Source: Candidatus Omnitrophota bacterium (lineage in GTDB: Bacteria; Omnitrophota; Gorgyraeia; B26-G9). From it: a stretch of 64,000 bases of DNA. How positions within the stretch are numbered: position 1 is the stretch's first letter; each line of letters opens with the position of its first letter. Below the pieces are notes generated by a model that was not told the origin of the DNA, searched no databases, and worked only from the letters and a program-made list of their open reading frames with translations. The stretch spans positions 3,317-67,316 of the forward strand of contig JBDRPX010000015.1 of the NCBI GenBank assembly GCA_043826565.1, read 5' to 3'. This document shows, in pieces, positions 20,201 to 28,283 of the stretch. The position numbers and the translations under genes are program-made.

Positions 20201-20988
20201 TGCCCCGGGGACATGATCTTGCGCATTCCTTCCAGCACCTCATACTCTATTGCCGCTTGTTCAAACCCGGGTAACTTTCTCACTGTAAATTCCCGCGCGA
20301 ACAAAGGAACTCCTTCCCGCGGAACTTGATTATATGTGACTTCGACTTCTATACCTAAGGTAAGGTTTCTCTCCCGGATCTTTTTCTTTCCATTGCCGAG
20401 ATATTCAATTAATTCATTTTCTATTTCATAACCTCTTTGCAAAGAATCTTCCGGAAGAAAAGGAATATAATCAAGAACCATGTCTTCGCCGCCAAACAAA
20501 GTCCTGACCTTGAGAAAGGTTCCAAACCCCTGATTCAATACTTGTTCCATAGCCCTGTCCTTAGGCAAAAACTCCATGATCGGATCATCTTTAGTGGTAA
20601 CGTTGATACTGCTGATCTGCTCTCCTTTATTTACACTGAAAATCCCCAAACTTCCGCCGACCGGGGTGATCGTATCAGCGTATACAGGGAATTTATCGAA
20701 ATTTTTTATGACTACGCATTTATTTTCCGCGTCATAAACAGCCTCAGTTTGTCTTTTTTCATCAAGCTCCCGCATCCTTTGATCTATCAGATAAGCAACA
20801 TGTAATACTTCGGCAGTTTTCACCATGTGAAATGCCTGAAGAAAAACTGCATTATCTATTTCGATCCGGGGAGATAAACAGTTTTCAGAAACCGGCTCAG
20901 CGTACGCATGACTCTGCGGTAGGAAAAATAAGTTCTGGTTGAGTAAAAAAACGCTGATAAGAAAAATGCCGATATATTTGTTCCGCAT
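17218..20988 (-). CDS. large secreted protein (1256 aa), function unknown (possibly carbohydrate-active)
   Basis: signal peptide MRNKYIGIFLISVFLLNQNLFFLPQSHAYA; single long ORF with no low-complexity regions. Confidence 0.7.
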   Translation of the reverse strand: MRNKYIGIFLISVFLLNQNLFFLPQSHAYAEPVSENCLSPRIEIDNAVFLQAFHMVKTAEVLHVAYLIDQRMRELDEKRQTEAVYDAENKCVVIKNFDKFPVYADTITPVGGSLGIFSVNKGEQISSINVTTKDDPIMEFLPKDRAMEQVLNQGFGTFLKVRTLFGGEDMVLDYIPFLPEDSLQRGYEIENELIEYLGNGKKKIRERNLTLGIEVEVTYNQVPREGVPLFAREFTVRKLPGFEQAAIEYEVLEGMRKIMSPGQNKWTRDNMSHTGQYFNSVELRGNTVLTRARAIEDNVDNVRGKPVVDELNNFYTSFSSDASVTISPVWDKDRVFGEGDRRVASRFFGADFGEFQSRQQSDRLNNKDGGQHFCAMNFARVRLGEGRNEHTIYSYYGQISAQEKLKSGELDPKIAALEGKILNKEYFRQKRAEMDAIIEQWLYEDAWIHSRDKKLNAWFAQSKLENYLRGGMPAVKAEYRTKDGRIVVEYENKVKHADQERDYGNFVIIDREEGMGNFRDVLQNRRTNMLVDPDLAETDILRFLSLVQLDGYNPMGVGAGILKYAGGKKRLPRFLLTYVKGKDVYKLADFLRNGFILRKLVEFIDKEGIKIKDKDAFLRDLIASSEVIQQADFGEGYWQDHSVGYINDFFKNFIRLFPLDKEENRKRFRELLFQTQLTAFESTVQVKPRYGANGRYALVDGKPLQRKVLEHVEERSRRNESRQKEARDKVHTGYDYETGDIFYSSAFEKMLTLLMKIADLDPHGVGVEFKAGKPGWDDSLSKLAAYFGSSARVTTDLYLLFESWEQYFDAMQFNGTDTVAVSEEKAAYFRKLADVLDQHVDKKDFQSDTECFDFWDKSNIFQEEYNAQTRLGVSGKTDRVTVAEIKAFLNDGKKKLRAALDKAKDPQSGLTHAYFYYDMTEYEILRDQSGKEIMAAEDFPAVQAKKFVRKSLPLFLEGVVGDLQTAENPQQAREVYRKVQQTQLYNAQTGNYRLNEPLTEDDEVELVTRRKSVFPRGHLENGAFKHQEGKFMTELLGAGLISEFYADIHRNIAPYMDELVYGRAFFQNVSYQDEEGRGHYARFSGYNSEVMKWFLEKLLWGETYFSVNNQGQEQFTYSPCLSGELFLAQEEEAVFMVNGEKKQIVLPRGSFAAKQFKNTLLVYHNVLSLDGNFKDTFGEGAVVPQQIRIYRDLEGKDLAAVFVGDTITDENIAHQLRDKKIVRIDVLLGETNNSGLQSEINANPMTGISALVEQAI

Positions 20989-21198
20989 ACAATAATTCTC
21001 CCTATATACTCTTATTTTATTTTAATTTATTAAGTTAGAAACAAAAGGACTCAAAAGTATACCTGACGAACTATTTTTTGTCAAGACAGGGAGAAATAAA
21101 ACATCCTATTATCCCGCAATGGGTTGCGATATTTTAAGGGAAGATAAGATAAGGAGGAAACAGAGAGATTTTCCTTTGCCGCTTCTTTATCGCGTTTC

Positions 21199-21387
21199 TT
21201 ATTTTATTTTTCTAAAAACAAACACAGCAATTGCAATTACTATGATCACAACCAAGACCGTTATTGCAATAACCCGGGAGGAAAGTTCTTGCCCTCCTTG
21301 CTTTAACTTAGACACAAGCGCGAAGATCACGGTTCCGACGCAAACGATCAATCCTGTTTGTAATCCTTCTTTTATAAACTTATCCAT
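21199..21387 (-). CDS. small two-TM membrane protein (62 aa), hypothetical
   Basis: two hydrophobic helices; weak evidence only. Confidence 0.25.
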   Translation of the reverse strand: MDKFIKEGLQTGLIVCVGTVIFALVSKLKQGGQELSSRVIAITVLVVIIVIAIAVFVFRKIK

Positions 21388-21516
21388 TTCTTTCCTATCC
21401 TTTGTTTATACAATATCTTACAATATTGGAAGGTATTTTACAACAATTTCCCCTTGGATGCCCGCCAAACCTGACAGCTTGGCGAGGTCTCGCCGTTATT
21501 TGGCGGAGGCACCGTT

Positions 21517-22860
21517 TTATTTTGATGAAACACGCTTTTTTAATTGATTATGTGGGATATAATAAAATTTCCTTCCTTTTTTAGTTTTTATTAAGAATTG
21601 TTTTTTAGTCAAATATAATAGGTCTCTTCTGGCCGCTTCATACGTTACACTATGATAATTTTGATGCGTGTTCATAGTATACTGCGCATTTGGATTATCC
21701 AATGCATGTTTCACGAGTGCCTTTTGCCGCTCATTCAATTCTGGGTATTTTTTAAGCATATAAGTTATTTGTTTGGATTCTTCCTGTTTTTTCGCAATAT
21801 ACTTAATAAAGGAGTTGATTGCCATCTCCACTACTCTCAGATTAAAACAGATAAAATACGTTAAATCCGAGTCATCCATTTCAGTATGCAAGAAAGCTCT
21901 TGCGTATTTAGCTGGAGCTTTTAAAAAAATTCTCGAAATCGGTAAAAATTGAAAAATCCAATATTTATTTTTCAACATATACCAATAAAATAGTGCTCTG
22001 GCTGTACGCCCATTACCATCCATGAAAGGATGTATGTATGATAAATAAAAATGTAAAATAATCGCCCTTATCACAGGGTGAGTAAACTTTTTACTAAAAG
22101 TGTCATTTGCATAATCACATAAATTTTTTATCATCCCGGGAATAGCTTCACTTGAAGGAGGTTCGTATAGTATTTGCCCCTCGTTATCACGCACACAAAT
22201 AGAATCGTCTGTAGGAATGCGAAAACGTCCACATGTAAGAGGATCATCCATGGTATCGTTTGTCATAGATTTATGTAATTCTAAAATTACTTTTTCCGAT
22301 AATGGTTGTTTTATCATATCTCTTATCATCATGATCGTTTGAAAATTATTATATATCATTTTCTCAGCATAGTTATTTGGTTTTCGCCCTGATCGTAACA
22401 TTTCTTTAGCAACTTTTCTTGTAGTCGCAGCCCCCTCAAGCCTACTAGATGCTATCGCTTCTTCCATTAAGGAATTTATAACGTATCTTTTCTCTTCTGA
22501 TTTATGAACTGAAGCATCCCCAACTAATATATGCCCACCAGCAAATTTATCCACAAAAGATAGCCGTTCTAATACCATATCCGGCAACCCATAAAAAAAT
22601 GAGTCATTTCCCTTTGTTAAAAAACAAGTTTTTCTTCTGTCTGCCTGCCTTCTTAGTTTTAAATATGACCAAACAACCTCAGGAGAAAATGATTCAGGCA
22701 TATTTAAATGTTTTAGCTTATCCCAATATATATATCCATGCCGCTGTTCCGCTGTTAAAATAAAATTATTAAGCAAATCGGTTTTTTTTCCTTCAAATAT
22801 TTGCTCCCAATTATCCTTTAGTAAAGAAGTCCACTCTGGTGTTTTTTCTGGAATTTTCAT
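21517..22860 (-). CDS. Fic/DOC family protein (AMPylation-type Fic domain)
   Basis: canonical Fic motif IHPFMDGNGRTARAL. Confidence 0.9.
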   Translation of the reverse strand: MKIPEKTPEWTSLLKDNWEQIFEGKKTDLLNNFILTAEQRHGYIYWDKLKHLNMPESFSPEVVWSYLKLRRQADRRKTCFLTKGNDSFFYGLPDMVLERLSFVDKFAGGHILVGDASVHKSEEKRYVINSLMEEAIASSRLEGAATTRKVAKEMLRSGRKPNNYAEKMIYNNFQTIMMIRDMIKQPLSEKVILELHKSMTNDTMDDPLTCGRFRIPTDDSICVRDNEGQILYEPPSSEAIPGMIKNLCDYANDTFSKKFTHPVIRAIILHFYLSYIHPFMDGNGRTARALFYWYMLKNKYWIFQFLPISRIFLKAPAKYARAFLHTEMDDSDLTYFICFNLRVVEMAINSFIKYIAKKQEESKQITYMLKKYPELNERQKALVKHALDNPNAQYTMNTHQNYHSVTYEAARRDLLYLTKKQFLIKTKKGRKFYYIPHNQLKKRVSSK

Positions 22861-22930
22861 TTTAGCTCCTTCTGTTATTACGTATTACTATTAAAAATAG
22901 TACACCATTTCTATTAGCTTGTCAACCAAA

Positions 22931-22968
22931 TACTACTATAGTAGTTAGTAGTAGTTAAGTAGTAGTTG
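22931..22968. promoter_or_regulatory. palindromic TAGTAGT-iteron site 1 upstream of fic
   Basis: perfect 14-bp palindrome ACTACTATAGTAGT followed by TAGTAGTAGTT(AAG)TAGTAGTT; about 70-110 bp upstream of fic start. Confidence 0.5.
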
Positions 22969-23126
22969 GCATTTTATTTTTTTGCAACACGTTGAAAATA
23001 AATGTATTACACAACCTACTTTTACTGCCCAGCTTATTCATAAAAAATACACTAACTTTCTTTTACTGTTCAATGATTAATCTATGCAACAATTACCCCG
23101 CACCTAATACAACTAACATAAACGGT

Positions 23127-23165
23127 AACTACTATAGTAGTAGTTAGTAGTAGTTGCGTAGTATT
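23127..23165. promoter_or_regulatory. palindromic TAGTAGT-iteron site 2
   Basis: second copy of ACTACTATAGTAGT + TAGTTAGTAGTAGTT about 195 bp from site 1. Confidence 0.5.
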
Positions 23166-23214
23166 TGTGCTATCCGTTGATCTTGATTTTCGATTAAATG
23201 TAGGATTATTTGTC

Positions 23215-24174
23215 CTAAGTCATTAATATCTTCAGCCCAAATATCCCGCTTAGGAAAAGTAATATTGTTGAGGGTTCGGGGATAGGGTTAAGGAGAAAGG
23301 CTCTCCTTGTTGAATACTCATATTGCCCCCATCCAACTATTTGACCTTTGTTATTTATCGCATAAGCCTCTCTTAGATCCCACCATCCACTATCATAATC
23401 TAAAAAATCATTAAGATAAACAATCTTTCCGTCTTCCCAAAAAAATGCTTTATTGTGACATCGCCCAACAATCTGCCCGCTATTATTGATATCATAAGCT
23501 TCCCCTAGCACTCCTAATTCATCAAGAAATTCAATCTGCCCATTTTCCCATAAACACGGCCGGCCATGAGCCTGTCCCACCACTTGCCCAGCATCATTAA
23601 TCCCAAAGGCTTTATTTACGTTGTTAATTATTGAAAAATCACCGTTATCCCAAATAAATGCTTCTCCTGAAGATTCTCCGACAATTACTCCTTTTTCATT
23701 TATATCCCGCGCTTCACCCCATGTTTCATCCAAAACGGTAATATTACCATTTTCCCATAAACACGGATAGCTATCCTTAATTCCTACTATTTGTCCTGCA
23801 TCATTAATAGCGTAACTAAATATATTTTGAAGGGATGTCTTTGTTTTTGTTTTTAAATCAAATAACACTTCTCCCACAACTTGCCTTTTATTGTTAATAT
23901 CTGCTGCTGCCGGCATCGGAAGTGCCTGCAGTCTTCCTTCTTGCCAGACAAATCCTAGTTCTCCTCCATTCACTAAAATATCAAAACCCACTACCTCTCC
24001 ATTATCATTAATTCCTAAAGCTTGACTCCGCCGAAAATCAGAATCTGGGAAGGTAGGGTCATCAAAATGTCCCAAATCAATAATTTCATAATCAAAGGCA
24101 AAACAGGATTGTAAACAAAGAAAAAAACTAAAAGATAGGATGAACACCGATATGATTGTTTTTTTAAAAAACAT
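23215..24174 (-). CDS. HAF-repeat extracellular protein with PEP-CTERM sorting signal
   Basis: signal peptide; five repeats of the (G/A)IN(D/N)xGQ(I/V)VG type; C-terminus PIPEPSTILLFLSGIFGLKILMT is PEP-CTERM. Confidence 0.8.
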   Translation of the reverse strand: MFFKKTIISVFILSFSFFLCLQSCFAFDYEIIDLGHFDDPTFPDSDFRRSQALGINDNGEVVGFDILVNGGELGFVWQEGRLQALPMPAAADINNKRQVVGEVLFDLKTKTKTSLQNIFSYAINDAGQIVGIKDSYPCLWENGNITVLDETWGEARDINEKGVIVGESSGEAFIWDNGDFSIINNVNKAFGINDAGQVVGQAHGRPCLWENGQIEFLDELGVLGEAYDINNSGQIVGRCHNKAFFWEDGKIVYLNDFLDYDSGWWDLREAYAINNKGQIVGWGQYEYSTRRAFLLNPIPEPSTILLFLSGIFGLKILMT

Positions 24175-24226
24175 TTCAGACCTCTGAATATATCATACCG
24201 CCTGGTCGCTAAACACGCAAGAGTTG

Positions 24227-24300
24227 TTATTGCTTTTTTCTAAACCAGCACACCCCAAATATTCCGCTTAAGAAAAGTAATATTGTGGGTAGATAAAATA
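24227..24300 (-). pseudogene. duplicated fragment of PEP-CTERM C-terminal coding segment
   Basis: about 35 bp cccaaatattccgcttaagaaaagtaatattgt nearly identical to the 3' end of the HAF gene; encodes ...LPTILLFLSGIFG in a 63-aa ORF. Confidence 0.4.
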
Positions 24301-24350
24301 AAATGGCGGATCCGCCTTGAGGCGAGATCTCGCCAAATTTTCCAAAAATT
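24301..24350. repeat. GC-rich palindromic module immediately 3' of tRNA-Ser(CGA)
   Basis: contains palindromes GGCGGATCCGCC and GGCGAGATCTCGCC; same palindromes recur at 21462, 33421 and 47196. Confidence 0.55.
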
Positions 24351-24440
24351 TGGCGGAGAGTGAAGGATTCGAACCTTCGGTCCGGTTGCCCGGACAACGG
24401 TTTTCGAGACCGCCACATTAAACCGCTCTGCCAACTCTCC
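24351..24440 (-). tRNA. tRNA-Ser (anticodon CGA), long variable arm
   Basis: minus-sense GGAGAGT..anticodon loop CTCGAAA..variable arm..T-arm GAAGGTTCGAATCCTTC..ACTCTCC-G-CCA. Confidence 0.85.
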
Positions 24441-24539
24441 GCGAATAATCGTAGATTATGAGCGGATATCGAACTCTGTTTTATAGAGTGAGATATCTTT
24501 TTATTCTAATCTTAAAATTTGTCAGCTAAATCTAGCTTT

Positions 24540-24743
24540 TTATCTCGCCGATCTATAATTACCACATTTTTCCTTATGTATAAGCTTTAGCGGTTTTCTG
24601 TATCTTGTGTAACGACACTTAGTTGTCGTATTATGCTCTTTTATTCGCTTATCAACATCTAATGCTATGCCCACATACAGACTTTTATCCCTGCACTCTG
24701 CTATATAAACAAACCATTGTTTTTGAAATACCTGCTTGTCCAT
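24540..24743 (-). CDS. small GIY-YIG nuclease-domain protein (paralog A)
   Basis: MDKQVFQKQWFVYIAECRDKSLYVGIALDVDKRIKEHN matches GIY-YIG motif; start placed at the Met aligning with paralog B. Confidence 0.75.
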   Translation of the reverse strand: MDKQVFQKQWFVYIAECRDKSLYVGIALDVDKRIKEHNTTTKCRYTRYRKPLKLIHKEKCGNYRSAR

Positions 24744-24774
24744 AATCAATGAGTTTTTGGCTCTCACCCTGCTA

Positions 24775-24900
24775 CACAGGGATTCGACCTCATTTGCATA
24801 AAACGCAAATGACCAACTCTCCGAGTTTTTACGCAGTAAAAACGAGGACTTCGAACCTGCCTTTCAGGTGAGAAGTCTTTTATCCCTCTCGCTATGCTCG
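24775..24900 (-). other. tRNA-like remnant / structured leader upstream of GIY-YIG A
   Basis: minus-sense GGAGAGTTGG (same as tRNA-Ser 5' end), 7-bp stem with 7-nt loop, GGTCGAATCC T-loop-like segment, plus hairpin GACTTCTCACCTGAAAGGCAGGTTCGAAGTC also present at 33338. Confidence 0.3.
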
Positions 24901-24991
24901 AGGTGATTTGTTTAACAGCACAAATCAGAACCCGGTTTTTCAGAGTGAGATATCTTCTCTCAGTTACTTTGGTTAAGATTCCTCGCTTCGC

Positions 24992-26161
24992 TCACTTCAT
25001 TATTGAAGAAAACAATTCATCAATTGCTTTGTAACTAATAACTTTTGTGTCGGAACGAGACTGGTTATCCTTTCCGCCATAGACTAGATAACCCGTCTTA
25101 CTTTTCGGATTAAGCTTATAATAATAATTCAGTCCCTTAAAAAAATCAGTGTTTATTGTTTTGCCTGATTTTATTTCCAGAGGAATAACTTTTGTTCCGC
25201 AATCTATTAATAAATCCACCTCATTACCGATATTATCACGAAAATAATAAATATTACTGGTATTCCCGGAATTAAAAAGAGCTTTCAAAATTTCAATAAC
25301 AATAAATGTCTCAAATAACGCGCCTTTTAACGGATGAGCGTCAATATGAGAAAGATTTTTTATGTCCAGCAAATATGCCGCAAGGCCCGGATCTGTAAAA
25401 TATAATTTTGGAGATTTAATAAGTCTCTTTCTAAAATTATTATAATGAGGTTTAAGCAGGTATACTATATAACTTGCCTCCAAAACACTCAGCCAGCTTT
25501 TCGCGGTATTATGATTTATCCCGCAATCATTAGCCAAGCCGGAAATATTAAGAATTTGGCCGGTACGTGCCGCGCATAGTTTCAAAAAAATCTCAAATTT
25601 CGAAAGATCTTTTATATTAATTAATGTCCGGACATCTCTTTCTAAATAAGTACTAACGTAAAAAGATAATGCCTCGGTAGGATTAAGTTTTTTATCATGA
25701 ATCCGCGGATAAAACCCCTTATATAATATCTCATTCACGGGAACAGATGTTTTTTTATATATCTCACTGTATGAAAACGGCAGTAATGTCGCCAAGGCTG
25801 TTCTACCAGCTAAAGATTGACTTATCGTGTTCATAACCTGGAAATTCTGACTGCCCGTAAGAATAAAAAGTCCCGGCTTATTTTTTTCATCTACAATTGT
25901 TTGAATATAAGAAGTTAAGTCCGGAACTCTTTGAATCTCATCAATTATCGCGCCCTTTTTGAAGCAGTCATGTAAAAATCCTTTGGGATCATTCCGCGCA
26001 TAATTACGCGTGTCGATATCCTCCAAAGAAAAGTACTGCAGTTTAGGAAATAACATTCTGCATAAAGTAGTTTTTCCGGACTGGCGAGGACCGGTAATCG
26101 TGACTACCGGATAATGTTTAAAATACGATAAGATTTTGGTCGCGATATTTCTTTCTATCAT
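24992..26161 (-). CDS. AAA-family ATPase with DUF4143-type C-terminal domain
   Basis: Walker A GPRQSGKTT; typical length and architecture. Confidence 0.8.
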   Translation of the reverse strand: MIERNIATKILSYFKHYPVVTITGPRQSGKTTLCRMLFPKLQYFSLEDIDTRNYARNDPKGFLHDCFKKGAIIDEIQRVPDLTSYIQTIVDEKNKPGLFILTGSQNFQVMNTISQSLAGRTALATLLPFSYSEIYKKTSVPVNEILYKGFYPRIHDKKLNPTEALSFYVSTYLERDVRTLINIKDLSKFEIFLKLCAARTGQILNISGLANDCGINHNTAKSWLSVLEASYIVYLLKPHYNNFRKRLIKSPKLYFTDPGLAAYLLDIKNLSHIDAHPLKGALFETFIVIEILKALFNSGNTSNIYYFRDNIGNEVDLLIDCGTKVIPLEIKSGKTINTDFFKGLNYYYKLNPKSKTGYLVYGGKDNQSRSDTKVISYKAIDELFSSIMK

Positions 26162-26247
26162 AATTATAGTATATCATATCTTTACATATTGTCAATCCAA
26201 ACATAAATATGTAAAGATGCCCGGAAAAAGCAAATTGGCAAGATATT

Positions 26248-26610
26248 TCAGATAAGTTTTTTTATTTCTTCGATCACTGATTCACCCCGATTACTTTTAG
26301 TTGTAAAAGCATCCGGATGCGAAGGGAAAATTTTAAACGGCGAAGCCCCTTCAACTTTATCGGTCATAATAATTACCGGGGTTTTTAATTTTTTTGTCTG
26401 CTTAACAAACCGGCATATTTTATGCCCGTCTATATCCGCAAGCATTACATCTGTAACAATCAGATCCGGAGAATGTGTTTCAATCTTTTCTAATCCGGAC
26501 TGGCCGCTTGTCGCGGTAATGACTTCATAACCTTCCCCAGATAACTTATCTCTTAAAACAGCAAGGATCAGCTCATCATCATCAATAACCAGGATTTTTT
26601 TCTTTTGCAT
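26248..26610 (-). CDS. single-domain response regulator (CheY-like receiver)
   Basis: KKILVIDDDELI..VTDVMLADIDG.. Confidence 0.8.
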   Translation of the reverse strand: MQKKKILVIDDDELILAVLRDKLSGEGYEVITATSGQSGLEKIETHSPDLIVTDVMLADIDGHKICRFVKQTKKLKTPVIIMTDKVEGASPFKIFPSHPDAFTTKSNRGESVIEEIKKLI

Positions 26611-26698
26611 AGTATTGTCTTATAATTATTGTTTACAAACAATTCAATGTATCATTATATAACATTATATGCCTTGCTGTGCTTAAAAACAAGTAGTT

Positions 26699-27460
26699 TT
26701 AAGAAATTTTCGATATACCGCAAACAGGACATGCCTGCATTTTTAAAGGTTTTTCCAGACTGCTAAGACGCAGAAGAGCTTCATCCTGCAAGATTTCTTG
26801 GGTAGGGCCGTCAGCAGTAATCCGGCCCTGATGCAGAACTATTGTTCTCTGGCAAACATCCATCGCCATATCTAAATCATGCGTCGCAATAATTTTTGTA
26901 TGCTGAAATTTTTTTAACAGCTCGATCAGGCCGCGCCGTGATTTTGGATCCAGGCTTGAAGTCGGCTCATCCATAACCAGAATATCCGGTGACATTGCCA
27001 AAACAGTCGCGATCGCTACCGATCTTTTTTCTCCCTGGGAAAGCTTGTAAGGCGGCCGTTTGCTTAGATGCTGTGCCTGTACTGTTTCCAGCGCCTGGCT
27101 AACTGCTTTTTCTACTTCTTCCCGGGTAAAACCAAGATTTAGCGGGCCAAACGCAACATCATCAAAGACTGTGGGCATGAATAATTGATCATCCGAATTT
27201 TGAAATACCATACCCACGCTCCGGCGTACTGCATCAAGATTCTTGATTGTAATAACATGTTCGCCAATGCGCACTTCTCCCTGCGAAGGAGATAAATAAC
27301 CATTTAACTGAAGCAAAAGAGTTGACTTGCCCGCACCATTTTCTCCGACCACAGCCACCGACTCTCCATGCAATATTCGAAAAGAAACTCCGTCTAAGCC
27401 CGCAGTCCCGTCCGGATATTTATAGTGAAGATCGCGCGCTTCCACAATATGATGACTCAT
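26699..27460 (-). CDS. cbiO: ECF-type cobalt/nickel transporter ATPase component
   Basis: Walker A GENGAGKST, signature LSQGEKRSVAIA, Walker B ILVMDEP; start set at MSHH where ATG overlaps cbiQ stop (ATGA), good RBS spacing. Confidence 0.85.
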   Translation of the reverse strand: MSHHIVEARDLHYKYPDGTAGLDGVSFRILHGESVAVVGENGAGKSTLLLQLNGYLSPSQGEVRIGEHVITIKNLDAVRRSVGMVFQNSDDQLFMPTVFDDVAFGPLNLGFTREEVEKAVSQALETVQAQHLSKRPPYKLSQGEKRSVAIATVLAMSPDILVMDEPTSSLDPKSRRGLIELLKKFQHTKIIATHDLDMAMDVCQRTIVLHQGRITADGPTQEILQDEALLRLSSLEKPLKMQACPVCGISKIS

Positions 27461-28269
27461 TTCCATGCTCCTATTAAAAGTTCTCCTATTTTCATCGGAA
27501 TGTTTATGCCTCTGAATAACGCGAATACCCCGATCCACGCAAGCGTAAAAATAATTTCCTGCCGGCGGATTTTCATTGTTTTAAGCATCCGGACATTGCC
27601 GTCAAACCCCCGGCAGCACATAGCCAGATAAATTCTCTCGGCTCTGTCTAAAGTCCGCAAAAGCAAATGGCCGATCAAAGGAATGAAAGTTTTAAACCCC
27701 ATGACCCCGGATTTAAATGTCCTCATCGCCCTGGCCCGCACCATGCGCTCAGCCTCATCGGTCAGAACAAATATATACCGGTAAAAAAACAAGAGCTGTA
27801 CCACAAAATATTTAGGCACCCCAAGTTTTAGCAATGCCTGAGCAACCGCGTTGAATCCGGTAAGAGAAACCAAGATCAGCGCGGCTGTGACCGTTAAAAG
27901 ACAGCGTATAAATATGGATAAAAAGGATATCCAGCCTCCGGAAACGCCTATGGGGCCTAACTGCAAAAGTATCTCTTGATCAATCAGCGGATTAAACATT
28001 CCGACTAATATCGCAAAAGGAGACGCCCATAATACTTTCTTAAATAAATATAACCGCGGCAGACGAGCGAAAGTTATTAATATTACCGGATAGATAAAGA
28101 ACGGCGTCAACGCGGAAAGCGCATACTTATCAAAAGATACCACGCTCAAAATAAAAACCAACGTAGTAATTAATTTAGCCCGCGGATCCAAACGATGCAA
28201 AAAGCTGTTCCCGGAAGCTAGGGTATCCATCTGTCCAATATCAAAATAATTTTTACCGATATTATTCAT
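27457..28269 (-). CDS. cbiQ: ECF transporter transmembrane T component
   Basis: multi-TM; position between cbiM and cbiO. Confidence 0.8.
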   Translation of the reverse strand: MNNIGKNYFDIGQMDTLASGNSFLHRLDPRAKLITTLVFILSVVSFDKYALSALTPFFIYPVILITFARLPRLYLFKKVLWASPFAILVGMFNPLIDQEILLQLGPIGVSGGWISFLSIFIRCLLTVTAALILVSLTGFNAVAQALLKLGVPKYFVVQLLFFYRYIFVLTDEAERMVRARAMRTFKSGVMGFKTFIPLIGHLLLRTLDRAERIYLAMCCRGFDGNVRMLKTMKIRRQEIIFTLAWIGVFALFRGINIPMKIGELLIGAWK

Positions 28270-28283
28270 AAACCCGATCTTTT

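Noticed and set aside
22925-23170. Possible CRISPR-like array because of repeated TAGTAGT units
   Set aside because: There are only two short palindromic sites with heptamer iterations, no regular repeat-spacer periodicity and no cas genes; an operator or iteron is more plausible.
24775-24900. Intact second tRNA upstream of GIY-YIG A
   Set aside because: tRNA-like pieces are present (5' end identical to tRNA-Ser, an anticodon-like 7/7 stem-loop, a T-loop-like GGTCGAATCC) but they cannot be assembled into a canonical cloverleaf; it is recorded as a remnant or structured leader instead.
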